DNA of 64,000 nucleotides from positions 341 to 64,340 of the IMG/VR virus record IMGVR_UViG_3300042554_000362. One strand, given 5' to 3'. A program made the translations under genes and the position numbers. Each line of letters begins with the position of its first letter. The stretch's first letter is position 1. The DNA comes from a virus (taxonomy: Duplodnaviria; Caudoviricetes). Under the pieces are notes generated by a model, which was given only the letters and a program-made list of their open reading frames with translations, was not told the DNA's origin and ran no database searches. Shown here in pieces: positions 20,779 through 32,209 of this stretch.

Positions 20779-22404
20779 TCAAGTTCTACGTATTCGAGGT
20801 CTAGGCCAGGCCGCTCCTGCACTGGGTCTAACGAAAAAGTTCTGTTTAGGCCAAGTATTACCAGTACTAGCACGCTCTTCCTTGTAGTACAAGTATCTGT
20901 TGGTAGCACCTTGTAAACTGGTTAAATCTGTGTAGCTGCCACCAGTGTCGGTCATTTGTGCTAATTTAGCGTAGGCCGACAAATATGTACGTGCCGCTGC
21001 TTGATTCATAGCAGGATATATTTCTAGAGCACAGGCCAATGCTCCACATACCTGCGGACTAGCCATACTGGTTCCTGATATTTTACCAATAATATAACTG
21101 GCATTTCTGGGATCTGTGGTTCCACCATAACTGGCACTAGTATTAAAACTGCTCATGATGTTGCTGCCTGGAGCAAACACATCTATTCTAGGACCGCACA
21201 TGCTGTAGGTTGCCTTGGTTTCGTTTGCAGTAGTACCCACTGCACCTACACAAATAAAGTTTGGAGCAGAAGCAGGCGAACCACCTTGATGATAGTATAC
21301 TCCATAGTTTACACCGCCTGATGTCCAAATGAAAAAGTTATTGTAGTCGTTGCCAGTAGGTAGATCAATTTTAGCTGAGTAATTACTGGCGGCTCCTACC
21401 ATAATTACACCGTCTGTGATGGCGTCAGCGATATCAGCTTCCATTGCAGTACTACGAGCCATAATATAGGCATATCCACCGGTGCTGTATATTCCATAAT
21501 TTAATAGCTGTGCTTCTGTATAAGGTGCGCCACCTACATAAGCACCACGATAATAGATGTTGGTAATTAAGGTAATATCTAACTGATATAGTGATCCCCA
21601 GCTGTTGTTGGCAATGGTTGGATTACGTCGACCAGTCGCTGGATTTACTGATTTGGAATTGTGAAACGCTCTAACATAATCAAACACTGTTTGACCATTG
21701 TAGTTGTTTGGGTTGGTACCATAGGGGTTGATATTGTAAATATTAGCCTTGCGTGCCCATCCTTGTGTGTTTCCACAGGCTGTACCAGCCACATGTGCGC
21801 CATGATTATTGTCAGCTTCACCTGTGCCAGTCAGAGGAGTATATACATAAGTTCCTGTACCTGCTCCTAGATTATGCTGAAACCAATTGTATTGTATCAC
21901 ACGACTGCCACCTGTGCCATCTGAATTAGCAGCATACTCGGGATGTGCAGGGTTAATATGCCCATCCACGATTACTACATCTACATTACGTGCTTCAGCG
22001 TTTACTGCAATGGTTCCTGACTGATTAGCAGTACTGTCACTACCCCAATTAGATCTTTGTGCGCCTTCTACACAGCGTAACAAACCCCAGTTTTTATGTG
22101 TATTAGTGTTAGTACTGCTTTTATTCCAGGTAGTTTCTGTTTGGGTGTACATGGGCATGATTTTAATGCCTAATTCTTCAAACGTTAAACTAACATCTAA
22201 CACTCTGGGATCTTGTTTAAGCAGTTCGGCTTCCTCGGCAGTAAGCATGTAGTGTGTGTTTCTACTGTTGCTTCTGCGTAGGTATACACCTACCACACGA
22301 TCAGGTATATACAAATCTCCACCGGGCGTTTCCATGTCATCGTAGAAAGCATCCAGGTCTTCATAATTTTTCAGTGTGACTATGTACTCTTTGAGTTCTG
22401 CCAT
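20779..22404 (-). CDS. Subtilisin-family (S8) serine protease with N-terminal propeptide
   Basis: Catalytic triad motifs VDVVIVDG (Asp), NHGAHVAG (His) and GTSMASP (Ser), plus IDVFAPG. The N-terminal EYIVTLK resembles an I9 propeptide. Confidence 0.93.
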   Translation of the reverse strand: MAELKEYIVTLKNYEDLDAFYDDMETPGGDLYIPDRVVGVYLRRSNSRNTHYMLTAEEAELLKQDPRVLDVSLTFEELGIKIMPMYTQTETTWNKSSTNTNTHKNWGLLRCVEGAQRSNWGSDSTANQSGTIAVNAEARNVDVVIVDGHINPAHPEYAANSDGTGGSRVIQYNWFQHNLGAGTGTYVYTPLTGTGEADNNHGAHVAGTACGNTQGWARKANIYNINPYGTNPNNYNGQTVFDYVRAFHNSKSVNPATGRRNPTIANNSWGSLYQLDITLITNIYYRGAYVGGAPYTEAQLLNYGIYSTGGYAYIMARSTAMEADIADAITDGVIMVGAASNYSAKIDLPTGNDYNNFFIWTSGGVNYGVYYHQGGSPASAPNFICVGAVGTTANETKATYSMCGPRIDVFAPGSNIMSSFNTSASYGGTTDPRNASYIIGKISGTSMASPQVCGALACALEIYPAMNQAAARTYLSAYAKLAQMTDTGGSYTDLTSLQGATNRYLYYKEERASTGNTWPKQNFFVRPSAGAAWPRPRIRRT

Positions 22405-23561
22405 TATTCAACCTGTACCACAGTTAGTGTTACTGTAACAGTGCCGGTGCTGCCACTCTTATTAGTTACTGCCATAGGTATATTAGTAGTTGGTGTGGCT
22501 TCATTGTTGAACCCAATTGCAGCCGGTGCAATCACAATGGTATTAGCACCTGTGGTAATAACTTCGGCAATTACACCGCTGTTGGTGCCAGGATCTGTGT
22601 TTTCGGCACGTGCACTATCAGCACTACGACTGGCTTGATCTGTGTAAATTCTAACCCAGCTAGCTGCGCTGGTTTGTATTTTGTACAGTGCATATCCTTT
22701 AAATCCAGTGACATCAAGATTGCCTGTGGCAGCATTGGCCAAACTAGCAGTGGTTCCTGCTATAGTATTTCGTTGATATCCTGGTCCTGTTGCTCCTGTA
22801 GCACCTATGTTACCCGAAATGCCTGTGGCACCAGTTGCACCAGTTGCTCCTATGCCAGTGGCACCAGTAGATCCTTGTGCGCCTGTTGCGCCTGTTGCTC
22901 CATTTACACCAGCAACTCCTGTAGCGCCAGTGGCTCCATTTACACCAGCCACTCCTGTAGCGCCTGTCGCTCCATTTGTTCCAGATACGCCTGTTGCACC
23001 AGTCGCTCCTGTAGCACCAGAGCCGCCACCGCCAACATTGCCAGTTATGGTCAAGTTACCACCGTAGCCTGCACCAACAGCAGACACCCATTGGCTACTG
23101 TCTATGTCTTCATAGTAGAAAAACAGTGTTCCTACATTGCTGCTCCACCATAATGATCCTACATTGGGGTTAGTCGGAGGATTTTCACCAACGCTGATAG
23201 TGTATTCTGGACCAGCTGGACCACGTGATCCCACTGGACTAACCCATTGGCTGCTGTCGCCATCGTTGTAGTAAACGAAAAATTCACCGGTGTCACTGTT
23301 GAACCACATGGCTCCTGAACTAGCCGACACTGGTGCAAGATTACTAACTGTGATACTGGCGCCACCGCTTTGAAATGGTGAGCCATTGGCAAAGTAATAA
23401 CTGCCTGCATATACATTGGCAGCATGTACATTGCCAGCGATACCAGCACCACCAGCTACTCGTAGTGCACCAGTGCTGGTACTGGTAGACACAGAGGTAT
23501 TGCTGACAAAGAATGCCGCATTAGAATCTAAACCTCTAGTATCAAACCTACGAATTGCCAT
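22404..23561 (-). CDS. Collagen-like fibre protein, translationally coupled to the S8 protease
   Basis: 385 aa with GAT repeats and a C-terminal beta domain. Its TAA overlaps the protease ATG at 22404. Confidence 0.7.
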   Translation of the reverse strand: MAIRRFDTRGLDSNAAFFVSNTSVSTSTSTGALRVAGGAGIAGNVHAANVYAGSYYFANGSPFQSGGASITVSNLAPVSASSGAMWFNSDTGEFFVYYNDGDSSQWVSPVGSRGPAGPEYTISVGENPPTNPNVGSLWWSSNVGTLFFYYEDIDSSQWVSAVGAGYGGNLTITGNVGGGGSGATGATGATGVSGTNGATGATGVAGVNGATGATGVAGVNGATGATGAQGSTGATGIGATGATGATGISGNIGATGATGPGYQRNTIAGTTASLANAATGNLDVTGFKGYALYKIQTSAASWVRIYTDQASRSADSARAENTDPGTNSGVIAEVITTGANTIVIAPAAIGFNNEATPTTNIPMAVTNKSGSTGTVTVTLTVVQVE

Positions 23562-23564
23562 GTA

Positions 23565-26500
23565 TTAAACCTTTACATAAGTCTTTTGTAACTTCACTGT
23601 ATTACCTGAACTGACACCTGTTCCCCACAGAGTCACTGTATTACTTACTATATTTGCATCAAAAGTCATTAGCACATTGGCACCTGTGTATACAGTGGCA
23701 TAGGTTACCAATTGTGCTGTGGTTCCATTGTGTACCAACATGGCTTCAGTGGCCTGATAACTGGTATTACCTGTTACACTGATCACATATTTGGCTGTTC
23801 TATACACATTGGCACCAAAACTGTCTATGGCCACTGGTGCTGTGTTAACCGAAGTTGGAGTAACAGCATCAGCTACTATACTGGCCACTGTAACATTGTC
23901 ACGCAGTGTGTTATTGAAACTTTGAATTACAATGTCAGCATTGGCATCTGGTACAGCATTAGCACCAATAAATGTCAGTGTGGTGCCAGAAATTGAGAAA
24001 TCTACATCAGGAATTTGATAAATGCCATCAACAAACACTACCATGCTGGTACTGCTTACAGTAGCACCCGACATAGTGTAAGCAGTTTGTACTCCGTTGC
24101 CGGTAAATCTATCTACAAATCCAGCTGAACTGCTGTAATTACCAAATGTGCGTACACCAATTACCGAACTAGCCACAGGTGCTGCTAGGAAAGTTAGTAT
24201 GTTACCAGACAGTGTATAGTTTGTACCTGGCCTTTGTAGCACTGTGTCTACAGTAACCAACAAATCTGTAGCAGCATTTACATTGGCACTAAGTGTAAAC
24301 TGTGTTTGACTGCCATTGGCTGTAAATGTATCATTGATAACTGGCGTTCCAAATCCAACACTGGCATTTGATATATTGTATATGGTGTTATAAGTATTGC
24401 CACTGCCTGAACCAGTGGCAGTTACAGTAACAGTGATATTGCTGCCAACATTGCTAGCAGTGATTCCTGCACCAACAAAATTAATACTGGTTACTGCTGT
24501 GGTTAATACATTGCCTTCATCGGATATAATAATATTAGCTGCACCACCACCAGCTGGTCCAGTTGCACCTTGAGGCCCGGTAGCCCCTGTTGCGCCAATA
24601 CCAGTGGCTCCAGTAGCTCCAATATTACCCGAAATTCCTGTGGAACCCGTGGCTCCAACATTACCAGTTAGTCCAGTGGCTCCTAATCCTGTAGCTCCGG
24701 TAGCTCCTGCTGGTCCTGTGGGTCCAGTGGCACCTTGTGGACCGATTTGACCACCAATTCCGGCCCAAGCCGTGCTATAATACACCAATAAGTCGCCGGT
24801 ATCTGTGTCAAACCAAAGTGAACCATCAGAAGGTGTACTTGGTGCTGTATTACTGGTAACAATACTGGCTCCACCTGAACCGATTACAGTATTACCAACT
24901 TGACTACCGGGTGGTAGTACAATGGTATTTCCAGTACTGGTGATTGTGGCACCACCTAAGTAGATACTGTTACCACTTAGGTAAATGTCGCGCCAACGAA
25001 GTGAGTTGGTTCCTAGATCGTATGTTACATTTGCACTGGGTATAATACTTTGAGCAACTGCTGCTAAATTACTACTAGCGCCAGTAGCTCCTTGCGGTCC
25101 AGTGGCACCTGTTGAGCCTATATTACCTGCTATACCAGTGGCACCAGTTGCACCTAATCCTGTGGCTCCTGTTGCTCCTTGTGTTCCTGCTGTACCTGCC
25201 GGGCCAGTAGCTCCCGTTGCCCCATCAGCACCGGCTACACCTGTAGCACCTGTAGCTCCATTTATGCCTGCTACGCCTGTAGCACCAGTAGACCCAACTA
25301 AGCCTGTGGCACCAGTGGATCCTGCTGCTCCAGCAACTCCAGTGGCTCCTGTGCTACCTTGCGGACCAGTAGCTCCTGTTGCGCCTGCTGGCCCTGTGTT
25401 AGCAAATGGCGCACCATTGGCAAAATAATAATTGTTACTGTAAATTCCAGAATTGGCAATAAAGTTAGCTGCTCTGACATTACCAACCGAATCAATGCCA
25501 GCTACTGTGATAAAATCGTTACCGCTAAGAGTAGTACTAGCACCACCAACTTCAACCCAGGAATTACTAAACAGCACAGCCAATTTGGCATTATCAGAGT
25601 CTAACCATAAATCACCAGGATTGGCTCCTGCTGGTGCAGTGGCACTGATTGTAACACTAGCACCACCCGCTGCGGTATTACTGCTGGTAATGGCATGTTG
25701 TACTACAATTTCTGTATTGGCTTCTAGTACTTCGCTGAAACTGATCCAGCTAGTATTAGCTGTAAAGTTAACTTCTGGAACTTGGTAAATGCCGTTAACG
25801 TGTACTATCAGCTGATTAGCGGTGAATATGTTGCCTTGGAAATCAAAACTGGTATTAACACCATCAGCTAGGATAACTCTACTAAAACTGAATAAATTGC
25901 CTGGTGTTCCGCTTCCGGTTCCTGTGGCATTTACAATAACTGTGATATTACCGTCTGAACCCGATGCAGAGATACCTGGTCCTACAAAATTAATACTGCT
26001 TAGTGACCCGGTGACTTGTGCGCCTTCATCGTAGACAATGATATTAGCTGATCCACCACTACCCGCAGGACCAGCTGGTCCTGTAGCACCTTGTGGGCCA
26101 GTAGCACCTGTTGAACCCGAACCTGTGGCTCCTGTGGGACCTGTTGATCCTGTAGCGCCTGCTACACCTGTAGCACCCGTTGAACCTGAACCAGTAGCTC
26201 CCACTGGTCCTGTAAATCCTGTACTACCGCGAACACCAGTGGCGCCCGCCGGTCCAGTTGCTCCGGTAGCGCCTGTTAAACCTTGTACACCAGTGGCACC
26301 TGTGCCACCGTTAGCTCCAGCCTGACCTGTGGCTCCTGTAGCACCACCTGGGTCGCCTTGTGGACCGGTAGCGCCTGTACTTCCTGGAACTCCAGTAAAA
26401 CCAGTGGCACCACGTGGTCCAGTTGCTCCTGTTGATCCTAAACCACCAGTTGCTCCTGTAGCACCGCCTGGATCACCTTGTGGTCCTTGTGACCCTGCAG

Positions 26501-29500
26501 GCCCAGTTGCGCCAGTTGCTCCCGGAGGTCCGTTTAATCCCAATGGTCCTGTAGCACCAGTGTCGCCTTGTGGTCCTGTAGCACCAGTAGCACCCCCAGG
26601 ATCACCAGCTGGTCCAGGTATACCAGTGGCACCTGTGCTACCACGGAATCCTCGTTCACCAGTGGCACCAACGGGTCCGCTTGCCCCTAATGGGCCTGTG
26701 GCTCCTGTGGCTCCACCCGGATCCCCAGTTTCGCCCTGTGGGCCTGTGGCACCAGTCGCTCCGAATCCTGTGGCACCAGTGGCACCTATAACACCAGTAG
26801 CTCCTGCAGGACCTGATAAGCCTGTGGCTCCCGTTGCACCTGTGGCACCACCAGGATCTCCTGTGTCACCTTTGGGACCTGCTACACCAGTAGCACCAGT
26901 GGCACCACCCGGAGAACCTGCTGGACCACTGGGTCCAGTAGCACCTGTGGCTCCATCTGGTCCCGGTGTTCCTGGGGGACCTTCTGCTCCTGTGGCACCT
27001 GTGGCGCCTGATCCTGTGGCACCCGTAGCTCCCGCTTGACCTGTTTCACCGTCACTGCCTGGTTCACCAGCTGGACCTTGAATACCAGTAGCACCTGTAG
27101 CACCTAGTCCTGTAGCACCTGTAGCACCTACAGCGGCTACCGCGCCTTCTAAGTTAACTTCCCATACATCATAAGTGCCTGACCCAAATACTGTGTAAAC
27201 ATTGGCCTGCATGGCACCAGTCACTGGACTGTAACTGATGGTGCGACCAATCATGTATTGTGTTATGCTGTTGGCAACTACAATTTCTTGAGCAGTGGTA
27301 TAGCTTAGATTAGCTCCAACTGTAAATGTTTTAACACCAGTACCAATGGTTAACGAATTAGATGTGGTAGTTTGATAAGTATCGCCCTTGGGACCAGTAC
27401 TACCTGTACTACCTTGCAATCCTACATTACCTTGTGCCCCAGTGGCACCCATTGGTCCTGTGCTACCAGTGGCACCCGAAGCACCTATACCAGTAGCACC
27501 AGTTGATCCAGTAGCACCTAAGCTACCAGTGGCACCTGTTGCGCCCGATGCTCCAATACCAGTAGCACCTGTACTGCCCAATGGTCCAGTAGCACCTGTT
27601 GCGCCTGTGGCTCCCGATGCTCCAGTGGCTCCTGAAGCACCTTGTTCACCCGTGAGTCCAATTTGTCCTGTAGCACCTGTGGCACCTAAACTACCCGTGG
27701 CTCCTGTTAAACCAATGGGCCCTGTGGCTCCTACTGGTCCAGCTACTTCTGTAGTGATATCTAACCAAAACTGATCTGTGCCACTGTTGATATAAATGTA
27801 TAATATGTCAGTGCTAGTATCATACCACTGATCACCAGCACTAGGCGATACTGGTGCTGTATTGCTCTGCGTAAATCCGCCACCGCCGCTGACAAATGGC
27901 GTGCCGTTGGAGAAAAAGTAAGCATTGGCATAGACATTGGCAAAAGTTGGATTGGAGTTAACGCTGAATGTTATGCTTTGATATGGTGTAGCATTGGCAT
28001 TACTGGTAATAGTAATGTTATTGCCTGACAGTATGCTAACATGATCTAGCCCAGTGGCGACCAGCGTATCGCTGCCGTCAACTTCCCAGTACTTAAATGT
28101 ACTGTTCATGGCAATCTTTACATTGCCGTTACCTTGATTAATTACGTCAAAGCCAGATTCTTCATCAAAATTAATGGTAGTAACATTGGCTACTGTGACA
28201 TTAGGTGCTGCATTGCCAATGTACAAACTCTGAATAGTAACTGCTGACGGCCCAGCTGGCCCAGTGGCACCTTGCTCACCTTTGTCACCAGTTCTAGCAA
28301 ATGTTACTATAACATTTTCATCATTGGTAAATGACGTTACTGAACCACTTACATAAGCGCAGTTTACAGTAAAATAACCAGATTGTTCAACAGCATCACT
28401 AATAGTATAAAGCGCAAATCTGCTGTTGTCTTGATAAGCACTGATTTTAAAATGACCCTTGATGGTGCTGGTACTGTCATCAATGGTACGCAAATATGCC
28501 TGTATGTCAAAGGGACCGGATTGTTCATCGTCAACATACAGTGTGGTAGCAGTGGTAATGTTATTAGCGTTAAACTTGACATAACCACTGGTTGGATCAA
28601 AATCTTGTGTGTCAGTAGAGAACTTGTACTGGAAGGTAGCTCCACCAAATCCACCTGATGGTCCGCTTGCACCAGTGGCACCTACGCCGCCGGTAGCACC
28701 TGTACTACCTTGTATGCCTCGTAGGCCTGTAGCTCCAGTGGCTCCAATTACACCGGTCGCACCCGTAGCTCCTGCATCACCGGTGTCCCCAGTGGCACCC
28801 TGACTCCCAGTAGCACCTTGTGGTCCACTGGCGCCTGTAGCTCCTGCTCCAGTGGCGCCTTGTGGTCCTGTTGAACCAGTAGCACCTTGAGTTCCGCCCG
28901 CACCAACAGGGCCTTGTGGTCCTGTTGATCCAGTAGAACCTTGTTCACCTCGAGGACCAGTGGATCCACGTGGTCCTGTAGCACCTTGTTGCCCTATACC
29001 AGCAGGACCCGTGGCACCTGTTGCACCACCTGGTGATCCTGCAGGTCCAGTAGCACCTGTAGCACCTGCTCCAGTAGCACCTGTAGCGCCTAAATCACCT
29101 TGTATACCCTGAGGTCCTTGTGGGCCTGTAGCACCAATACCTGTTGCACCAGTGGCACCAATACCACCTTGAGGACCAACTGGTCCTATACCACCGGTCG
29201 CTCCTGTACTACCTGCAGGCCCTGCAGGACCTAATGGTCCTGTAGCACCGCTAGCGCCTGTGGAACCTGTGGGGCCACCAATACCAGTGGCACCTGTAGC
29301 ACCAGTGGTTCCTAACGGACCTTGTGGACCAACCGGTCCTATACCACCTGTGGCTCCTGTACTACCTAACGGACCTTGTGGTCCCACTGAACCAGTTGCG
29401 CCACTAGCACCAGTTGCGCCAGTAGGCCCTATTTGTCCTGTGGCACCTGTGGCACCTGTGGTACCAATGGGTCCTTGGGGACCAACTAAACCTGTTAAAC

Positions 29501-30413
29501 CAGTGGCACCTGTGCTACCTTGTACCCCGGCAAGACCTTGTACACCTGTGGCACCAGTTCCACCTGCAGCTCCTACTGGTCCAGTTAAACCAATTGGGCC
29601 TGTGGCTCCTGACGCTCCTACTGGACCACTGGCACCTTGTTGGCCAGTGGCACCTTGTATACCAGTTGCACCAGTTAGGCCAATTGGACCAGTAGCCCCC
29701 GAACTAGACCATGGAGCACCATTGGCAAAATAATAATTATCTGAATAAACTCTAGCTACATGTACATTACCACTGACTCCTACACCGCCGGTGATTCTAA
29801 ACGCACCCGAACTGGTATTTGTGCTGTCCTGTCCCGAAGTAATCAGTACATTGCCAATCTCCAGTGTGCCCGGAGTACCTGTTACTTGTCCAGCATTAAC
29901 CGTGGCATTGGTTAAAAATACCAGTCTACCAGTTTGGTTATCCCAACCAATAAAGGCAGCACTGGCTGCGCCGGATTTATAATAGTATAAGCGAATACCA
30001 AGATCTTGGCCATCATCTACTGTGGGTGCACCACCACCAGCAGCGGTGTGTAGATCAAACAGTGCATTGGTAAGATAGGTATTACTGGTAGATACTGTAG
30101 TGGTGTTACCCAACAGTGCTAGATTGCCAGTAACAGTGAGATTTACAGCAGTTAGGTTCTGTTGTACGCCAATTTGTGTGATTAAGGGTTGGCTAGCAGT
30201 GCCGATAGTACCAAATACAGTAGTGGCCGCTATGTTGCCTGCATTGATGTTTCCAGTTACTCCTAGTCCACCACGTACTTGTAGTTGACCGGTAGTGGTG
30301 CTAACACTGGCTGCATTGCCAGTTATGGTAAGTGGAGTACCTAGTACTGTGTTGGTAAGATTGCTAGCACTGAAGCTAGACAGTACAGCAGGCTGGCGTA
30401 GATACCTAAGCAT
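23565..30413 (-). CDS. Giant collagen-like fibre protein
   Basis: 2282 aa. Several hundred G-X-Y triplets in multiple tracts, separated by globular modules ([21 protein letters not shown] repeats). Ends in a ...SAKY-type beta domain ([10 protein letters not shown]). Confidence 0.8.
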   Translation of the reverse strand: MLRYLRQPAVLSSFSASNLTNTVLGTPLTITGNAASVSTTTGQLQVRGGLGVTGNINAGNIAATTVFGTIGTASQPLITQIGVQQNLTAVNLTVTGNLALLGNTTTVSTSNTYLTNALFDLHTAAGGGAPTVDDGQDLGIRLYYYKSGAASAAFIGWDNQTGRLVFLTNATVNAGQVTGTPGTLEIGNVLITSGQDSTNTSSGAFRITGGVGVSGNVHVARVYSDNYYFANGAPWSSSGATGPIGLTGATGIQGATGQQGASGPVGASGATGPIGLTGPVGAAGGTGATGVQGLAGVQGSTGATGLTGLVGPQGPIGTTGATGATGQIGPTGATGASGATGSVGPQGPLGSTGATGGIGPVGPQGPLGTTGATGATGIGGPTGSTGASGATGPLGPAGPAGSTGATGGIGPVGPQGGIGATGATGIGATGPQGPQGIQGDLGATGATGAGATGATGPAGSPGGATGATGPAGIGQQGATGPRGSTGPRGEQGSTGSTGPQGPVGAGGTQGATGSTGPQGATGAGATGASGPQGATGSQGATGDTGDAGATGATGVIGATGATGLRGIQGSTGATGGVGATGASGPSGGFGGATFQYKFSTDTQDFDPTSGYVKFNANNITTATTLYVDDEQSGPFDIQAYLRTIDDSTSTIKGHFKISAYQDNSRFALYTISDAVEQSGYFTVNCAYVSGSVTSFTNDENVIVTFARTGDKGEQGATGPAGPSAVTIQSLYIGNAAPNVTVANVTTINFDEESGFDVINQGNGNVKIAMNSTFKYWEVDGSDTLVATGLDHVSILSGNNITITSNANATPYQSITFSVNSNPTFANVYANAYFFSNGTPFVSGGGGFTQSNTAPVSPSAGDQWYDTSTDILYIYINSGTDQFWLDITTEVAGPVGATGPIGLTGATGSLGATGATGQIGLTGEQGASGATGASGATGATGATGPLGSTGATGIGASGATGATGSLGATGSTGATGIGASGATGSTGPMGATGAQGNVGLQGSTGSTGPKGDTYQTTTSNSLTIGTGVKTFTVGANLSYTTAQEIVVANSITQYMIGRTISYSPVTGAMQANVYTVFGSGTYDVWEVNLEGAVAAVGATGATGLGATGATGIQGPAGEPGSDGETGQAGATGATGSGATGATGAEGPPGTPGPDGATGATGPSGPAGSPGGATGATGVAGPKGDTGDPGGATGATGATGLSGPAGATGVIGATGATGFGATGATGPQGETGDPGGATGATGPLGASGPVGATGERGFRGSTGATGIPGPAGDPGGATGATGPQGDTGATGPLGLNGPPGATGATGPAGSQGPQGDPGGATGATGGLGSTGATGPRGATGFTGVPGSTGATGPQGDPGGATGATGQAGANGGTGATGVQGLTGATGATGPAGATGVRGSTGFTGPVGATGSGSTGATGVAGATGSTGPTGATGSGSTGATGPQGATGPAGPAGSGGSANIIVYDEGAQVTGSLSSINFVGPGISASGSDGNITVIVNATGTGSGTPGNLFSFSRVILADGVNTSFDFQGNIFTANQLIVHVNGIYQVPEVNFTANTSWISFSEVLEANTEIVVQHAITSSNTAAGGASVTISATAPAGANPGDLWLDSDNAKLAVLFSNSWVEVGGASTTLSGNDFITVAGIDSVGNVRAANFIANSGIYSNNYYFANGAPFANTGPAGATGATGPQGSTGATGVAGAAGSTGATGLVGSTGATGVAGINGATGATGVAGADGATGATGPAGTAGTQGATGATGLGATGATGIAGNIGSTGATGPQGATGASSNLAAVAQSIIPSANVTYDLGTNSLRWRDIYLSGNSIYLGGATITSTGNTIVLPPGSQVGNTVIGSGGASIVTSNTAPSTPSDGSLWFDTDTGDLLVYYSTAWAGIGGQIGPQGATGPTGPAGATGATGLGATGLTGNVGATGSTGISGNIGATGATGIGATGATGPQGATGPAGGGAANIIISDEGNVLTTAVTSINFVGAGITASNVGSNITVTVTATGSGSGNTYNTIYNISNASVGFGTPVINDTFTANGSQTQFTLSANVNAATDLLVTVDTVLQRPGTNYTLSGNILTFLAAPVASSVIGVRTFGNYSSSAGFVDRFTGNGVQTAYTMSGATVSSTSMVVFVDGIYQIPDVDFSISGTTLTFIGANAVPDANADIVIQSFNNTLRDNVTVASIVADAVTPTSVNTAPVAIDSFGANVYRTAKYVISVTGNTSYQATEAMLVHNGTTAQLVTYATVYTGANVLMTFDANIVSNTVTLWGTGVSSGNTVKLQKTYVKV

Positions 30414-30419
30414 GTTGGA

Positions 30420-30776
30420 TTAGCTCATTACCTCATAACTGAGTAGGTATTGTAATATACCTGCTTGGCTAGCTGATATTCTTAGGCTGTCCCCTTCTTC
30501 TAAATAGATTCCGGTGTCTTTACCAATAGCCACTGTGCTGGCACCAATGGGCACAGGCAAGTTATATAATATCTTATAACTAACGCCACCACGATATAGA
30601 TCTATGGTAGCTGTGGCATCAGCAGCACCTAAATTGGTAATAAACAAGGTGTTAATACGATATACTTCAGAACTGTTCAGCGCATTAGATGCAATGGCCA
30701 GTGGGGTAGCTGTTATCCACTCTCCTACAGATTTGCCAGTGATTGATGATGCGCTAATTAAATTCGGTGCGGCCAT
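30420..30776 (-). CDS. Small beta-sandwich virion protein
   Basis: 118 aa (MAAPNL...YLEEGDSLRISAS), similar in pattern to 43853..44176. Confidence 0.6.
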   Translation of the reverse strand: MAAPNLISASSITGKSVGEWITATPLAIASNALNSSEVYRINTLFITNLGAADATATIDLYRGGVSYKILYNLPVPIGASTVAIGKDTGIYLEEGDSLRISASQAGILQYLLSYEVMS

Positions 30777-30813
30777 ACCAGATCCAGTACAATAATATTG
30801 TATTTATGGTATG

Positions 30814-32208
30814 TTATTCACACAATGGTATAGTCAAAGTGTTACTGGCTTGAGTTACGTAGGAACCTTTATAGCCTGCTGCTTGCGGTATTCTCAGAGT
30901 ATATGTTGGCTTGATTGTGCCCAATCTACGGCATCTTATCCTATAAGTAGTAGGGCCAGTCTGCGTCGGTGTTCCAAATATGCTGATTCCGGTGTAATAT
31001 GGCTCAAAAGGAGCAGGATTAAACGAATCCAGGACCTGATTTGCCTGCACATCTATGTAGAAATCTGTTGTACCATCCAATGGTATACAAGTACCACCAT
31101 AGCTAATTCGCAAGGTCAAGATGTTAGGTGATGCTGTGGTAGTAGATGTTGTAGTGCTGGGTGTAGGCGCTCGACTGGTATCTATAATACGCACATTGGC
31201 AGTGATAGTAGGATAGCCATCCAAAGTCAAGCGCATGATTTCATTGGCTTCAGTTTTGAGATCTTCTGTGGCCACATAGGTAACTATGCTTTCATTGTTT
31301 ACAGTGGTAAAAACGCCTGTTAGGGCAACATTACCAATGTCTGCGCTTTGTATACCTGTGCCCGAAAGCGTAAACGGAAAATCTAATCCATCTGGCACTG
31401 GACGTCGTGCGAAAAATCTAAATGTTATGGTTTCGCCTTCATTGACCACATTAGGTAATGCTTCTACACCATACAGAGGAGTATCTTCAACCACGGTAAT
31501 AGAAATGTATTTGGGTTGACCAATTTGTCCATGCTGTGTGATCAAGGTATAAACAAACCCATCATTGCCTTTAAAATTACGATTAGGTACATATAGAAAG
31601 TTTCTACGATCTTCAGTTAAACGCACATATCCATTCATGGGCTGTGTTATAGCTATGGGATCAGACCAAAGTGCATCACCTACTCTATAAGTAAGATGTG
31701 TATTGTATAATCCCAATGTACTTACTGTATTACCTAGTATGGTATTGTTAGCATAGCCAGATGCTTTGCGGTCTGAAGTAAATCTCTGTTTATAAATGTC
31801 GTAGTTTTGCACGTTGACCATGGGAATAACCAGGCCACGCTTTTTCTCATCAGTGCTGTATTCAGCCTCGGGTTTGATTATTTCATCACAGATCACTCTA
31901 ACTGTGCCCGTGACACTGTTGGCGAATATAATGGTATTACCGGCTATGTTGTATTCTTCAAAAGGAATACCGCTGGTTTTCTTGGTAACATATCTGGGAT
32001 TAATTACTCGATAACCATTTAAATAAACTTCTACCCAGTGTGAGCTAACAGGAGTAAAGGATAATTCTAGTTCATTTTGATTGCTCATCACAGTGGTTTG
32101 TTGCTGAGCATATCTGGCCACATTAGTAGACGTCACTGTGTTAACCATGTAAAACGCTAGGTCTTCAGTCTTGGGCACAATCACATGATGATTAGGTACT
32201 ACTAACAA
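30814..32208 (-). CDS. Virion protein with Ig/cadherin-like and Calx-beta-like domains
   Basis: 464 aa with a TTG start. YVPNRNFKGNDGFVYT resembles Big_9; VNEGETITF...TEANEIMRLTL resembles Calx-beta; a Thr-rich linker is present. Confidence 0.55.
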   Translation of the reverse strand: MLVVPNHHVIVPKTEDLAFYMVNTVTSTNVARYAQQQTTVMSNQNELELSFTPVSSHWVEVYLNGYRVINPRYVTKKTSGIPFEEYNIAGNTIIFANSVTGTVRVICDEIIKPEAEYSTDEKKRGLVIPMVNVQNYDIYKQRFTSDRKASGYANNTILGNTVSTLGLYNTHLTYRVGDALWSDPIAITQPMNGYVRLTEDRRNFLYVPNRNFKGNDGFVYTLITQHGQIGQPKYISITVVEDTPLYGVEALPNVVNEGETITFRFFARRPVPDGLDFPFTLSGTGIQSADIGNVALTGVFTTVNNESIVTYVATEDLKTEANEIMRLTLDGYPTITANVRIIDTSRAPTPSTTTSTTTASPNILTLRISYGGTCIPLDGTTDFYIDVQANQVLDSFNPAPFEPYYTGISIFGTPTQTGPTTYRIRCRRLGTIKPTYTLRIPQAAGYKGSYVTQASNTLTIPLCE

Positions 32209-32209
32209 G

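Noticed and set aside
591-30288. Many plus-strand Pro-rich ORFs ([13 protein letters not shown])
   Set aside because: They are antisense shadows of Gly/Ala/Thr codon repeats in the minus-strand genes, with no RBS or promoter support.
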